64,000 bases of DNA from Mayamaea pseudoterrestris (taxonomy: Eukaryota), in NCBI GenBank assembly GCA_027923505.1, contig BROI01000022.1, positions 62,001-126,000 of the forward strand, read 5' to 3'. A model generated the notes under the pieces. That model did no database searches. It was not told the DNA's origin and saw nothing but the letters and a program-made list of their open reading frames with translations. Shown here one piece after another: positions 25,340 to 37,481 of this stretch. Position 1 is the first letter of the stretch. Each line of letters starts with the position of its first letter. The position numbers and the translations under genes are program-made.

Positions 25340-26674
25340 ATGCGTTCGACGCTAAACGCAGTGATGCGCTTCCGGCGAGCTGCGACTCCTCGTGCTGTCA
25401 CATGCGAACGAATGCAACTGACACGACGTCCTCGGCCTGCCAACTTCGCCTTTCATTCTTCCTTGGCCACGGCGAATCATCATTTGCACGACGAGGAATA
25501 CGACGACGAAGACGACGATTACAGTAATCATGCAGTAGAAAAGTCATCTTCAAAACATTGCAGCACTTGCTCCTGCGAGACAAGTGCGCGTCTTCCGCCG
25601 ACTTCGGACACTCATGCTCTGCTCCAACAGCTGCATCCGCTACCTTCATTCACTTCCTGTCGAAATCCCCTCCACGACCCCATGGAACCACTTCCACGTC
25701 CAAATCCAGAACCAAAGTATTCAGTCCGACGTCGCATTCTTCCATCCTGTCTGACGCCTCTCAATTCACCGGCAGGCCGCCAGTTGCTAGTGCAGTCATT
25801 GACGCTGCAAACAGCAGCCAGCTACTTGACATTGACGGAACACTCCGTCAATCAGTCTGATCCAGCCTACTGCGGCGTCACGACACTGCTTATTGTATTG
25901 AATGCACTCGCCGTCGATCCTATGATACGATGGAAGGGTGGATGGCGCTACTATGGGAGCGAGGAAATGTTGCTGGCGACGTGCCAAAATTGTTTGGATG
26001 TGAGACGAATTGAGCGAGAAGGCATTACGCTGCCCGAGTTTTGTCGAATGGCCGAGTGTCAAGGGCTTGACGTGACGCTCAAGCAGCCAATCTGCACTGG
26101 TAGTGAGCTTGCTGACAATCATGTTGGAGGTTACAGAGTGGACGACTTTCGACGAGACGTGATTGAACTCCTGTCAGAAAGTGGTACTGAAATAGATTCA
26201 CAGAATGATGTTGCAATAAATAATGACAATTTAAATGGGCAACATCAGAGGTGTCCTGGCATCCTGGTCGTCTCCTTTGGACGACCTGCCTTGGAGCAAA
26301 CTGGAGACGGACATTTTTCACCCATTGCCGCATATCACGCAGAAACGGATCAAGTTTTAATACTGGATGTTGCTCGGTTCAAGTACCAGCACTACTGGGT
26401 CAAAATTGATACTTTGTATCGGGCAATGCAGTTGCTGGACAAGAAAACGGAGCAGCCTCGAGGATGGTTCAAACTACATGCGCCAATTGTCAAGAGCAAT
26501 CCAGCCAGTGAATTGCAGACATCACTCTACTACAATATTCACTCGGAAGACAGGCGGGACGTCAAGTTTGTTCCGCTTGCATGTCAGGGTCATCCTTGTC
26601 CAGTACACTCGGTAAAGGTGGACTTTTGCTCATCGGCCGCCAAGAATCGTCCACCATCGGGGTTCATCGAATAA
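25340..26674 (+). CDS. PCS: Phytochelatin synthase (glutathione gamma-glutamylcysteinyltransferase)
   Basis: QSDPAYCG (catalytic Cys), WKGGWRYY, QTGDGHFSPI (His), LILDVARFKY (Asp). Confidence 0.93.
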   Translation: MRSTLNAVMRFRRAATPRAVTCERMQLTRRPRPANFAFHSSLATANHHLHDEEYDDEDDDYSNHAVEKSSSKHCSTCSCETSARLPPTSDTHALLQQLHPLPSFTSCRNPLHDPMEPLPRPNPEPKYSVRRRILPSCLTPLNSPAGRQLLVQSLTLQTAASYLTLTEHSVNQSDPAYCGVTTLLIVLNALAVDPMIRWKGGWRYYGSEEMLLATCQNCLDVRRIEREGITLPEFCRMAECQGLDVTLKQPICTGSELADNHVGGYRVDDFRRDVIELLSESGTEIDSQNDVAINNDNLNGQHQRCPGILVVSFGRPALEQTGDGHFSPIAAYHAETDQVLILDVARFKYQHYWVKIDTLYRAMQLLDKKTEQPRGWFKLHAPIVKSNPASELQTSLYYNIHSEDRRDVKFVPLACQGHPCPVHSVKVDFCSSAAKNRPPSGFIE

Positions 26675-26962
26675 TGCAACCGGCAATTGTCGCTGAGGGA
26701 TAATCGCGAGCAATCAAACAAATAACTGGTAGGCGTCAGCTATAGTTCAAAGAGAATCGTACGAGTCGGGGTCTTGTAAAGCATGAAAACATGCCTGGCT
26801 CCGCCTCCAGGCGGTGTCGGGTGGCAGCAATCGACGAGTCAGCGGATCGCATGTGAACTGACCACACAATTTTGATGGGTGACAAATTTCATGATCATTT
26901 TACTAAATAATAAATGCTAGTGATTTATTACTACTACGTACGCAATTATACCAGTTTTAAAA

Positions 26963-28252
26963 TCAAATCTCGTCAGCAACATGTAGTCCATACTTGGCAA
27001 AGACTTTGTTTGCTGCGTACTCGAGACAAGCGTCGTCTGTGGGTGTAAACTCGTCCACCGCCGTCGACTCTGATGTCAGACTCTGCTTTGCGTGCTGTAT
27101 GGCGTTGACAAGTATATCCTTACGCCACTGCTCGGACAATGTTCGTCGTTCCTCCCTCAGAGACTCGGGCGAAGCATCTTCTTTGGCAGCATCCATATAT
27201 TCGGCCAATTCAAAAGCAGTAACCGCATTATCATTCTCCCCATTGGTAGCGGTAGTAGACTCCACGGACAATGATGGCCGTCTCTGTCGTTTCTTGCTAG
27301 TGCTGTTGTCCATTTTGCTTTGTTTCATAGTTGCTGCTACTGTCTCGTTCTCCGATACTCCATGCCCCTTCAGTCGTTCCACCCACTGCTCTACTTTCAC
27401 TAGCGTATGTTTGACTTCCGCTGGTAGCAGCTCACTAGTGGCCGTTTCCAAGTCGCGTAAATCCAGAATATCCGACGAAGCAATCGTGTCGGAATCTCGT
27501 CGACGACTTTTTGACTTGGTACGCTCGCAACCCGACTGTTGCTGCTGTTGCTGGATGGCAAAGTAGTAAAAGGCAGCTGCCTCGTAGGCCGCTCCAAAAC
27601 GCTGAAGGTCGTGGAGATGTCCAGCAGTTGCGTGCGACCTGTTAGACTCGATGTACTTGTAAATGTCGTTCAAGAGTCGCTGCGCCGCTTGTACAACTCC
27701 ATGAGGATCCGGAACTTTGGAAGCAAGTCGAATCGCTAGCTCCGGGAGAATGCTGTCTCGAACAGGCGTCAATGGTTTACTAGCGTTCAATCTTGCATTT
27801 AGCTGTAACGTAGAAGCATCAGGTACTGCATGAGTTGTTGTTGCATTGGGTCCAAAGGGGTTTCGAAAACGAGACTTGGCCGAAGGGCCATCTTCAACAG
27901 CTGCTGATGCTCGCGTCAACCTCCCAGCGCCTCCTGTAACTTTCGTCGACTGCAAATAGTTTGTAAGCATTCCCTGTAGCTCCTTCAGCTTGGCTACCTT
28001 GACTCCGGCAGCTTTCGCCAAGACATTTATTGAAATTCGTTCCTTCATTTTGAGTCGGTACAAGTGCTCCAAAATAATGGCAGCGCGTGTATCTTGTCGA
28101 TCAATATTCTTTCCCAGCGACCCAGTCTTTATTCTCACGTCAATGATTCGTAGTGTTTCATTTGCTTCTCGTAAAATCTCTTCTGGAATGTCGATTGATG
28201 TTAGTTTCTTAGCAAGCTGCTCGACGGGGTTTAGCAGATTGAGCGTCTGCAT
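26963..28252 (-). CDS. ORC6: Origin recognition complex subunit 6-like protein
   Basis: Two TFIIB-like helical blocks (LAKKL...ANETLR...RAAIILE...LAKAAG; ELAIRL...AQRLL...AAAFY) and C-terminal EQWRKDIL resembling the ORC6 YxxWKxxIL motif. Recognised by eye. Confidence 0.65.
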   Translation of the reverse strand: MQTLNLLNPVEQLAKKLTSIDIPEEILREANETLRIIDVRIKTGSLGKNIDRQDTRAAIILEHLYRLKMKERISINVLAKAAGVKVAKLKELQGMLTNYLQSTKVTGGAGRLTRASAAVEDGPSAKSRFRNPFGPNATTTHAVPDASTLQLNARLNASKPLTPVRDSILPELAIRLASKVPDPHGVVQAAQRLLNDIYKYIESNRSHATAGHLHDLQRFGAAYEAAAFYYFAIQQQQQQSGCERTKSKSRRRDSDTIASSDILDLRDLETATSELLPAEVKHTLVKVEQWVERLKGHGVSENETVAATMKQSKMDNSTSKKRQRRPSLSVESTTATNGENDNAVTAFELAEYMDAAKEDASPESLREERRTLSEQWRKDILVNAIQHAKQSLTSESTAVDEFTPTDDACLEYAANKVFAKYGLHVADEI

Positions 28253-28512
28253 TATCGGTCAATCTTTCTCTCTAACTAAATACGTTTGCGTATCCTCATT
28301 TCGAATGTCCGATTTAGTCTCTGATGGTAGTCAAGGCTGAGCATTACCGGTTGTTGGTGAGAAAGCTCTCTGGACCGTCCACCGTCCATGGTCAAGCATC
28401 AAAATGAGAGATGGCGCGCCCGAAACGTGTTCTGACGTTATCAGGATTACCGGTCCGACGCAAATGTCGTTAGTCGCCAATGAAGCCATCACACAACAAA
28501 CCGAGATCCACC

Positions 28513-31500
28513 ATGATGATGAGCTCGTCTACTTCGAAACAAGTAACCTCCCAGGTCCGAGTCGGAGTGCGAGTCCGTCCTTTGACGAGTCAGGAACTAG
28601 GACAAGGCGGAAAATCAGTTCTGAAGGTTATTCCTCCCGAGATTCGCCTCGGCGAACGACGCTTCACCTACGATGCCGTCTTTGACGAGCAAGTCGATCA
28701 GAATGAACTTTATTCGCAAGTCTCCACGCCACTGCTGACTAGCTTTTTGGAAGGCTATAATGCGACGGTGAGTGTCTGGTAGTAAATATTAGTACATTTT
28801 GCTGTTAATGTGGACTTCGGATTGCGATTCAATTCTATGCTCACCGAAACTCGACAATATTTTCCTCTCAGATCATGGCATACGGACAAACTGGCAGCGG
28901 AAAAGTACGTCACAAATGACAATGAATTTGTCGTGTATCTGCTATGCTAGTTTGTCCTCATCCTCGTCTTTATTGCAGACTTTTACCATGGGAAGCGAGG
29001 CGCATACGGAACTCGAGCTTTCGGAGAATACTGGCCTCATTCCTCGCTTTATGAACGACTTGTTCCACAATTTAGAGAAGCAGCAAAGCAGTCATGGATC
29101 ATCTTTGTCGCACTTCAATCTGCAAGCGTCCTTTCTTGAGGTATACGGCGAAGACGTTCATGACCTTTTGGATCCATCTCGAACCTCCCTTCCGCTGCGC
29201 GAGGACGCCAATGGCGGCGTCATTTGCGCAGGCTTGACGCATCGGTCCGTCGCGACTGCCACGCAGGCTCTCACAGTTTTACACGAGGGAACCATGAATC
29301 GAACTACCGCCGCGACGCTCATGAACTTGACGAGTAGTCGGTCGCACGCCATTTTCACTGTGTATCTGACGCAGACGCACTCTACGGATGGAGTTGACGT
29401 TGTCACGACGAGTCGTTTCACCTTTGTCGACCTGGCTGGCAGCGAGAGGATGAAGAAGACTGGCGCAGAAGGCGAGCGAGCGCGAGAGGGAATCAAGATT
29501 AATGAAGGGCTGCTCGCGCTTGGAAACGTTATCAACGCATTGGCCGACGAGGAACGCATCGCAACTGGCAAGACTGTCCATGTACCCTATCGTCAGTCCA
29601 AGCTCACTCGGCTTTTACAAGACGCGCTTGGTGGAAACAGCCAGACTCTATTCTTGGCTTGTGTCTCGCCATCAGATACGAATGCGAATGAAACTTTGTC
29701 GACCATGCATTATGCAAATCGTGCTCGCAACATTAAGAATGCTCCAACGCGCAACGTTGATGGCAACGTAATGGAAATGCAGCGCCTACAGTCGTTGACG
29801 CAGATTCTACAAACAGAACTCGTCAAGCACAAGTTCGGAGGGGACGCGGAGGAATCCAAGATTGGAGAGTGTGATGCAGGCCTTTGGATGCGCCAGGATG
29901 TTTCCGAATATCTTGATCTGCTTCAAGCCGCAGCGATTGAGAAACATGAACTCCAAGGTCCACATCATTCTCGAAATGCATCTTTGACATTGCCAGCTCC
30001 CAAGTCTCGTGCGCTTTCAATCAGTCCTACGGAGCACCGCATGGAATTATACAATCTCAATGAATCAATTCGACTTGACGGAGATCCAAACAAATCCATC
30101 ATGGAGCACTTCAATCCGCTTGCAGAGGTTAATCCAGACGAAGACATGGCTATTTTGGATCAGCTACTAGAGCTTCAGCAGCGTGATAGTGAATTTCAAA
30201 AGGCGCAGGAGGCAGACGATGACGAACTGAAGCAAGTTGAAGGCGAAATTGTTCAGCAGCAAAGCCTGCTTCTGCAGCTTCGAGAAAGTTTAAAAGTGTA
30301 TCACGACATGAAGGATAAATATGAGGTTTTGATGGCGGAGGTTCGGCACCTTGAGGTGGAAAAGACGGAGCTGGTCGAGCAGCTAGACAAGGCTCATACT
30401 GATCCGACGAAAGGTTGCTCGAAAGCTATCAAACGAGAGTTGGAAAAGGTTGAGCAGGCACTAGCTCGCGCGCGTAACGAAAGCCGAAAGCATCGAGAAT
30501 TGTACCGCAAGGCAGAACAGGAAGCCAAGAAATCTGCTGTCCTGCAGCGTAAGATTACGGAACTCAAGACGGGCCGTGCGAAACTTATCAAAAAGCAGCA
30601 AGAGACAGCAGCACGACACAGGGATTATACTGAAGCTCGCACCAGAGAGATTCTGGCGTTAAAACGGAAGGATAGAAGCAATGAACAACGCTTATCCAAA
30701 ATGCAAAAGGAAATTCAAATGCACAAGAAGAATCTAGATAAGCGCCAGGACTACTGCACAAAATTAAAAGACAAACTCGACCAGACGGAATCGCATCTCA
30801 TGAAGCTCCTTGCGATGCGCAATCAAGAATTGCGGGATCGTACAAGTGTTGTAGCGATGTCACGTCGACCCTCTTCAGCCTTGGCTCGCAAGTCAAGCTT
30901 TCCGGTCCCTGCGAACAAGGTTACCTTTGCACCTCGTTCGGATGCAATTGATTCAATCAACTTTATTCTCGACCAAGCTGTTGTCGAAAAGATAATGATT
31001 TTGGAAGCTGATCAGAGGTACGAAGAATGCGTTACCGAATACAGTGAAGCGATGCGAAACATGGTGGAAGCTGTCAAGGCTTTGGAACACGCACGCGAGC
31101 TCGCGAAAAATGTCGATAATGAGATAGACTTAGACGAGAGCGAACTAATTCAGGTTGTTGAGGAGTCTGAATTGAAGGTGGAGCTACTTAGTGAAGAGCT
31201 TGAGTCTCTTCGTCGTCAGCTTTCGGAAACGGACGGGAATGAAGGCAAGGAAGCGCTTGCTGAAAAGTTAATAAAAGACAAGGACGCTCCACTACTCCGA
31301 ACTGTTCTACTCGACACGCTGGAGAAACTGATTGAGACTAAGGTATGCCACTTAATGCTTCGTGCGGTATTATTTTATGTTTGTTAACTCAATTTGCCCT
31401 TTACCATTTGGTACACCTTCAGATTCTCCACAACCGCCTAGACAAGGTTCTACAGCGGAAGGCATCCGCACTGCATGGCCTTGAGAACGAGGTCGAGCTT

Positions 31501-33825
31501 CTCAACGACAAGATTGAATCTTTGACGAGGACTAACAAGCTGCGACAAGTTGTTGATTCTTCTGACGTCGGCAGCGTTGAAACGATCCATCGGCTTGCTT
31601 CCGAAAACCGATCACAAAAAATGCAGTTGCAACATACACAATCTGATCTAACAAAGCTCAATGAGATGCTATCTGAAGCAAGAAATGACAACCGCCTTCT
31701 CGCGACAAAGACCCGCGAGGCCGAAGAAAAAGTCGCTCTCGTTCTGACAGCGTCGAACGTTTCTGAGGCTATCGAACCCTCCAAGGCAACACTCGACAAT
31801 ATACACCGCATTTGGAGGCAGCTTGGTAGACCGTTGGAAGAGTTGGATGAGATCAGGTTCGAAATTGAGAACTGTCTTGACCATACATGTACCAGGCTGC
31901 TCCGAGAGGCACAGGATTTGAAAGAGACCACGCTTGTCGAACTTGAAAGCCTTGAACATGAAATTCGTCGCATGCACATCAGTCTCGGTCGCATGGAAGA
32001 AGACAGCATTCGCGGAGATGGACCGTTAGTTGTGCAACTTGACAGGCTGCGTCGGACACACGCAGAAATAGAAGTTGTATACAGAGAAACAGCTACTCGG
32101 CGCGAGGCTTTAAAGCAGCAAGCGATGAGTCTTGTCACACTGCTTGGACTTGCTGGTGACACGATTCCTGTCGAGCTTCGATCCTTATTGGCTCCAGAGA
32201 CTGAAGTATTGGACCTACGAGATGACTTGATTGCACAATATGAGCTCCAAGTATCAGAGCTACGCGTTAGAAAATCGCAGATGCTTGTTACTAATGCGGA
32301 AGTGCTGAAGAATGCTTATCAACTTGTTTCCGACATGAATCTTGCAGAGCATCAAGTTTTTCCACTGGTACTGGCAGATATCAAACGGAGATGCGTAGAC
32401 CTGCCGGAATGGTGGGACGAGGCGATTGCCGAGATTATTGTCAGAGCAGTCTCGAATGCTGGTGGTGTCGTTCGAGCTACTCAATCCTTTCGAGAGCATC
32501 TTTTAGTTGTTTATGCTTCTTTGGAAAGTCTTTCGAGAAGCCGACGCATTTTATCCGACAAGCTCAAGGAACTTGTGGAAAAGGCGCAAAGAATTCTTCT
32601 TGAAACCGTCGATGGCGAGGTAGATGCAATTGAGGCGTATGCAAGCTTCCACGATGCCCTCTTTCGTCTTCCGCCACTTTCAAAGGAACGCATGAATGCT
32701 TGCATTGCCGAAATTGACGCGCTTCTCACTTGCGTCGACGACATGACCCAGAGTGAGATAGAAGCGCTGGTGGTGGTGCATGAGGCTTTGAATGTGGCTT
32801 CGAATGATCGTAGTATGTTCTGGAGCGAAGTCGAAGTTGCCACTAGCGCAGTTGACGCTAAGAATGTTCGACCATTTAATGAGGTGGTGCAAGATGTTTC
32901 TGTCGATGCCGAAGACTGGGTTCTGCAAATGGTCGCGGACGGAACCAAGAATTATCGCCAGTTGGAGAGTCGTCTCGTCAAGCTACAGATGATACACTCC
33001 GAGGTGGAAAGACTGCGTTCGCGCCAAGATACAAAAAGCAAGATTATCACTCTCGACTCGGAAGTTCGTACGTTGAGCACAAAGATTTCTGAATTTGAAG
33101 ATACGAAATGCAACAAGCAACGGCTTTTGACGAAGAAGTCGGGAAGCGTCAATTTACTAAAAGAGGAGCGCTTCCGGAAACAAATGCAGCAGAAGTTTGC
33201 TTCTAAACTTGAAAAACTCGCCCTGCTGCTACAGAGTTGGCGAGAAGGCAATAAGGAAGATTTCGACTCGAACCTGTTGAGCGATGAAGTACGAATGCTT
33301 CTTGACAATGGTGGCGACAACATGGTCGAGTGGGTTGAGAAGCGAACCGAATTTATGCACCTGAGGACCACGCAATCGACCAAGAAACGTCGGACCGATA
33401 CATCACAAGACATTGACTCGCTAAGCACGAGCAAGGTTGCTATGCATCGCCTTGCCGAACCCGCAAATGCAACCGTAACATTAGATGCTGCCAGGAAAAA
33501 GTCTGTTGCGCCAAGTCAGCCAGCAGAAAGGCGACCAGCATTTCCCAAACCAGCCTCCTCCTTATCAACATCGCGGAAGCGAAAGGGCGATGAGCTTCCT
33601 CCGTCTAAGCCAGCACGTCAAACGCGATCGTCTCGGAGTCAGTCCACGTCTCGCATGCCCCGTTCACCGGCACACGATTCGAGAAAGAGTGGAGGCGAAT
33701 TAGATGCTGCCAAGGAGAACAACGTCAAGCCTGCAGCGGCGAACAAGAAGCGCTTGACACTACCACCATTTGGTCATGTGTTGGAGTCGGCCAGTACGCC
33801 TCGAAACGCTGACAAGGAAAATTGA
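28513..33825 (+). CDS. Kinesin-4-like motor fused to a PRC1/MAP65/Ase1 module (exons 28513-28767, 28872-28904, 28979-31342, 31423-33825; ~1684 aa)
   Basis: Motor motifs VRVGVRVRP, AYGQTGSGK|T, SSRSH, VDLAGSER, HVPYRQSKLTRLLQDALGG; KIF4/KIF21-like coiled coil; then IHRIWRQLG... and NLLKEERFRK...LQSW. All three introns are GT-AG and phase 0. Start could be 28480. Confidence 0.88.
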
Positions 33826-34152
33826 GCGCTTTTTATACGTCAGAGTATCATAACATGCATGTTTAGTGAGAGATTTACATATAAAAAGCAGAGACTAAAG
33901 GGTTTGTAACGATTCTCAATACTCCTATACGCATATGCTACTCATGCATCAGTGTATCAATAAATGTGTGTTTAATAGCGCTCATCTAGCCAGTTCGTTC
34001 GTGTTAATTGTGTAGGCTCTCGAATGGATGTATGTTGCGTAGATGAAGTTTGGCAATGCTTTCAAGGCAAAGGGACGATGAGTTCAGCGAAAGAATACTT
34101 GCAGCAGTATTTTTCTGCAAAGGTCGGACTCCATCGCAACATTTCTTCTCAA

Positions 34153-34944
34153 TTAGCTACTCTTGGTCTTGTCCAGGACATCCATGATTGCCTTGGGAAC
34201 AAACTTGTCTGGAACTTGCGCCTTGTATGATGAGTACTCTTGACCATACATTTGGGACAGCTCGTACTCTTCAAGGTTGGACTTAGACTGAAAAATCGCA
34301 TACAGCACCGCCGTCAAGACGAGCCTTGGCACACTATCTGTCACAACAGCCAATCCAGCGCACGCAGCCAGCAGGCCAGCGTACATTGGATGACGACACT
34401 GCGCAAAGAGTCCATCCGTGATTAATCCTTGACCCGATGGCGGCTTGGGCCAGGGCGAAAGAGCCGAACCCATGTCCATGACGCTCAAAAGAATTGCTGC
34501 TGCTCCAATCAGCAACAGTCCAGGTCCAAGAAGAAAAAAGAGGGCATTTCCAATGAATGGAACGCCTCCTCCGAGTATACCCAAGAGGCAAACAAGCTGC
34601 GCAATGAACCAAAGTTCGCCGCGCTGGCCAACCTCGCCCTGCATGACGTTTTCCTTGACGCCCGAGACGCTATCCGAAAGACGATCCCAATCCAATTCGA
34701 CGTTTTGAATCTTGTCAATCAAGCCTTGAATATCAAAGTCAATGCTACTCTTGTTATTGTTGATGCGAGTCTCCTTTTCTTTGTCCACCAAGGCGTAGAG
34801 TGGTGTCGTTGAGCGAGAATGAGGAATCGGTTGAACAAACGGCGAAGAGCTAGTCGTTACACGCGAGTAATGAGGAGATACATGGAAAGCGCTGCTTGCA
34901 GTGAGCAAGGAGAGCAACACGGCGACGCGAATCATGATGTACAT
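34153..34944 (-). CDS. Plastid-targeted PEMT/isoprenylcysteine-carboxyl-methyltransferase-family membrane protein
   Basis: Signal peptide ending SSA-FHV, several TM helices, LITDGLFAQCRHPMYAG, EE..L...YG.EY..YK. Confidence 0.85.
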   Translation of the reverse strand: MYIMIRVAVLLSLLTASSAFHVSPHYSRVTTSSSPFVQPIPHSRSTTPLYALVDKEKETRINNNKSSIDFDIQGLIDKIQNVELDWDRLSDSVSGVKENVMQGEVGQRGELWFIAQLVCLLGILGGGVPFIGNALFFLLGPGLLLIGAAAILLSVMDMGSALSPWPKPPSGQGLITDGLFAQCRHPMYAGLLAACAGLAVVTDSVPRLVLTAVLYAIFQSKSNLEEYELSQMYGQEYSSYKAQVPDKFVPKAIMDVLDKTKSS

Positions 34945-35368
34945 CAGTATGGTAGTGGGAAGATGGGAAGACTATAGGAGCAACGGATAATGGATGAGAG
35001 CTTTTCGATTCGAATCCGATCTTTCGCGTGTCAAGTTGATGCCATGGATCGCGATCTTTTGGTCGTGGTGCGACAGTCTGACTGCGTGAGCACTATTCGT
35101 GATACTTCTTGCTTCAAATGTTGGAGATTATATTGGCAGAAGCGCTCGTCATTGTATCTACAATAGGAGTGAACGATTAACTGTGAGAGACAGCGGAACG
35201 ACGCAGCTCGCTGCACCAGTGATAGCTATCTGGGCATCCTACGGTAGTGTATTTTCTACAGGCTTCAAATGCTTTTCTGAATGCCACAAGAAGCGGAGTC
35301 GAGAAGCAATGACAGAAAACGGAGACAGGTTTTATTACATCAATCCTATACCTATCTTAATCAAACAT

Positions 35369-37017
35369 TCATTCCGAGACATCATAAATCGAGGCGGTGC
35401 TATCGCTTGAAACACCAACGATGAAGGCGTCACCGATTGAGTCAAAACCAACTGAAGTGACTGGGCCACCCAAATCAGATATGGATGCAAACACCGTGCG
35501 CCATTGTTGACCAGAGTATTCATTTCGATAGATTGACTGGTCTTGTGTGGCGACAAGAAGGGAAACGGTCATGCTGTCATTCACAGTCGTCCCACTAATC
35601 GTCCCAGTGCTTCCAATGGCATCATCAGCGCCACCACCAATGCTCGGCCCAAGCTGCTCGAAAGTGACCCGTGTATCGTCAGCAAACGACTCTTGAAATA
35701 CGGTAACAGCTCCTTTTCCAGACGAGGCGCCAGGCTCACCAATGGCAAAGGTTTGCGAATCTAAAAAGGTAACGGCAGAACCAAAGTTACCAGCATCATT
35801 CTCCACTCCCGCCGCTTCCCAAACCTTGGACCATTCACTGGAGGTAGCATTCCAGTCATACATAATTGCCTTGCCTATGCCGTCACCCCATTGAGGTGCT
35901 CCAGCCAAAATGCGGGTGCCATCCGCAGTGATTGTTACTACGTGACCAAGCATGCCTCCGCCAAAAATCGTGTCGTCTGCCAATGGCGCTTCCGACATGT
36001 TTACCCAGTTGTCATTTATATCGTCATATTGAAAAGTATATACGCCTCCGTTGGCGTCGTTGCGCATGGGTGCGCCAACGACAGCAATGAGTGGATCGTC
36101 GCTGCTGCTCATGGCGACGGATGCTCCAAATTGTTCGTCAAGTTCGTCAAAGGCCCCACGAAGAAACGGCCCGAAAATGTTCCAGGTGTTGTTGATGCTT
36201 TCATACTTGTACGTAATTGCGGCGCCCAAGACGCTCGTGCCGTTGCCAGCGGTAACGGCATTCTCCTCCGTCGTGCCGGGTGCTCCAACAATCATGCGAT
36301 CGTTTCGCAAATGTACAGAGTATCCCATTAGCCGAATATCATTTGGGACTGCTCCAGCATAATATCGCATCTGTTTGCTCCAACTGCTATTTGTGCTGTC
36401 ATATTCGTAGATTGTCACCGAGCCGTGTTCAATGTCGTCCAGTGGCGCGCCAACGGCGGCGAAACCATTGTCCAAGGAGGCAGAAAATCCAAACATGGCG
36501 TCGACTTGCGCACCAAGAAAAGGACCTCCGACGACTGAATACGACGAAGCTGCGAATGATGGAGCTGGTGTTGCCGCCGTTGGAACGATCGTGAGTGACG
36601 AGTTCAACTCGGGCTGTCGAATTGGAAACACATCTGTGGTGAGTATTCAGATAGGCATACTGTGAGGACGGAATTGTTGTACGTTGTTCGTACCATTGAA
36701 TTCGGAGCTTGCGTAACGTTTGGTACGGACGACTCATCACTTTGTTCATTGTTATTCTTCTTCAAGACAAAGGGCAGGGCGACAGCAAAGATGATGATTA
36801 CTGCGATGATAAAGACAATGAGAATGATATCGAAGAATGCAACTTGTTTCCGCCGAGCTCGTTGGTAGTCCTCTGGATCATATTCATCGTCATAGTCGTA
36901 ATCATCCTTTTCTGTGTCTGTAGCGCCATTGTCAAACTTGTCGTCTCGCTCGCTGGCAACGTAGTCGTCGCTTTCTCGAGGTAATGCCGCCTTAGCTTCC
37001 TCCAGATCTGCAGTCAT
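35369..37017 (-). CDS. Type II single-pass membrane protein with FG-GAP (integrin-alpha-like) beta-propeller (exons 37017-36694, 36613-35369)
   Basis: Acidic cytosolic N-terminus, RRK followed by a long hydrophobic helix, then repeated FGxSV...VGAP units. 80-bp phase-0 intron GTACGA..CGACAG. Confidence 0.8.
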
Positions 37018-37481
37018 GCTGTTTCAAAAATATATAAAGTCGACAAGCTGAAGACGAGCGTTTCCTCAATTGTAGTAATTTCAAGTGCAAAGTCACCAGG
37101 TTGATTGCTGAAATGTGTGACGACAAGGCGAGATTCACGATGGAGGGAGGTGCTTCCTGATGCTTCCTGGCTGCCGCGCCAGAATTTTGTATTATTTGTT
37201 GACGAAGGAGTGATCGTCATCGCCCTCTCGATATGCCTGGTGTTTCGTACGCTTCAAATGACTCATATATTATAGCCTTTATTTTGGCACGACATGAATC
37301 TGCGCCAGAATGACTCTTTAGCCGGATCGCGGCGTCGCACCCATAAACAGATTGTCGTAGCGTGAGTCAGTGGCTGGGCTGGCGCGTCGCATTGGCCGGA
37401 AACGGTTTTTGCAGCTGGATCGACCGATTCGACCATGGCCATCATCCATTCGTCTTTGCATAGTTCGAAGCTAAAATCAGC

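Noticed and set aside
31419..33434. Long antisense ORFs over the kinesin gene (similar ones overlap other genes)
   Set aside because: Shadow ORFs of the coding strand with Ser/Arg-rich, non-protein-like composition.
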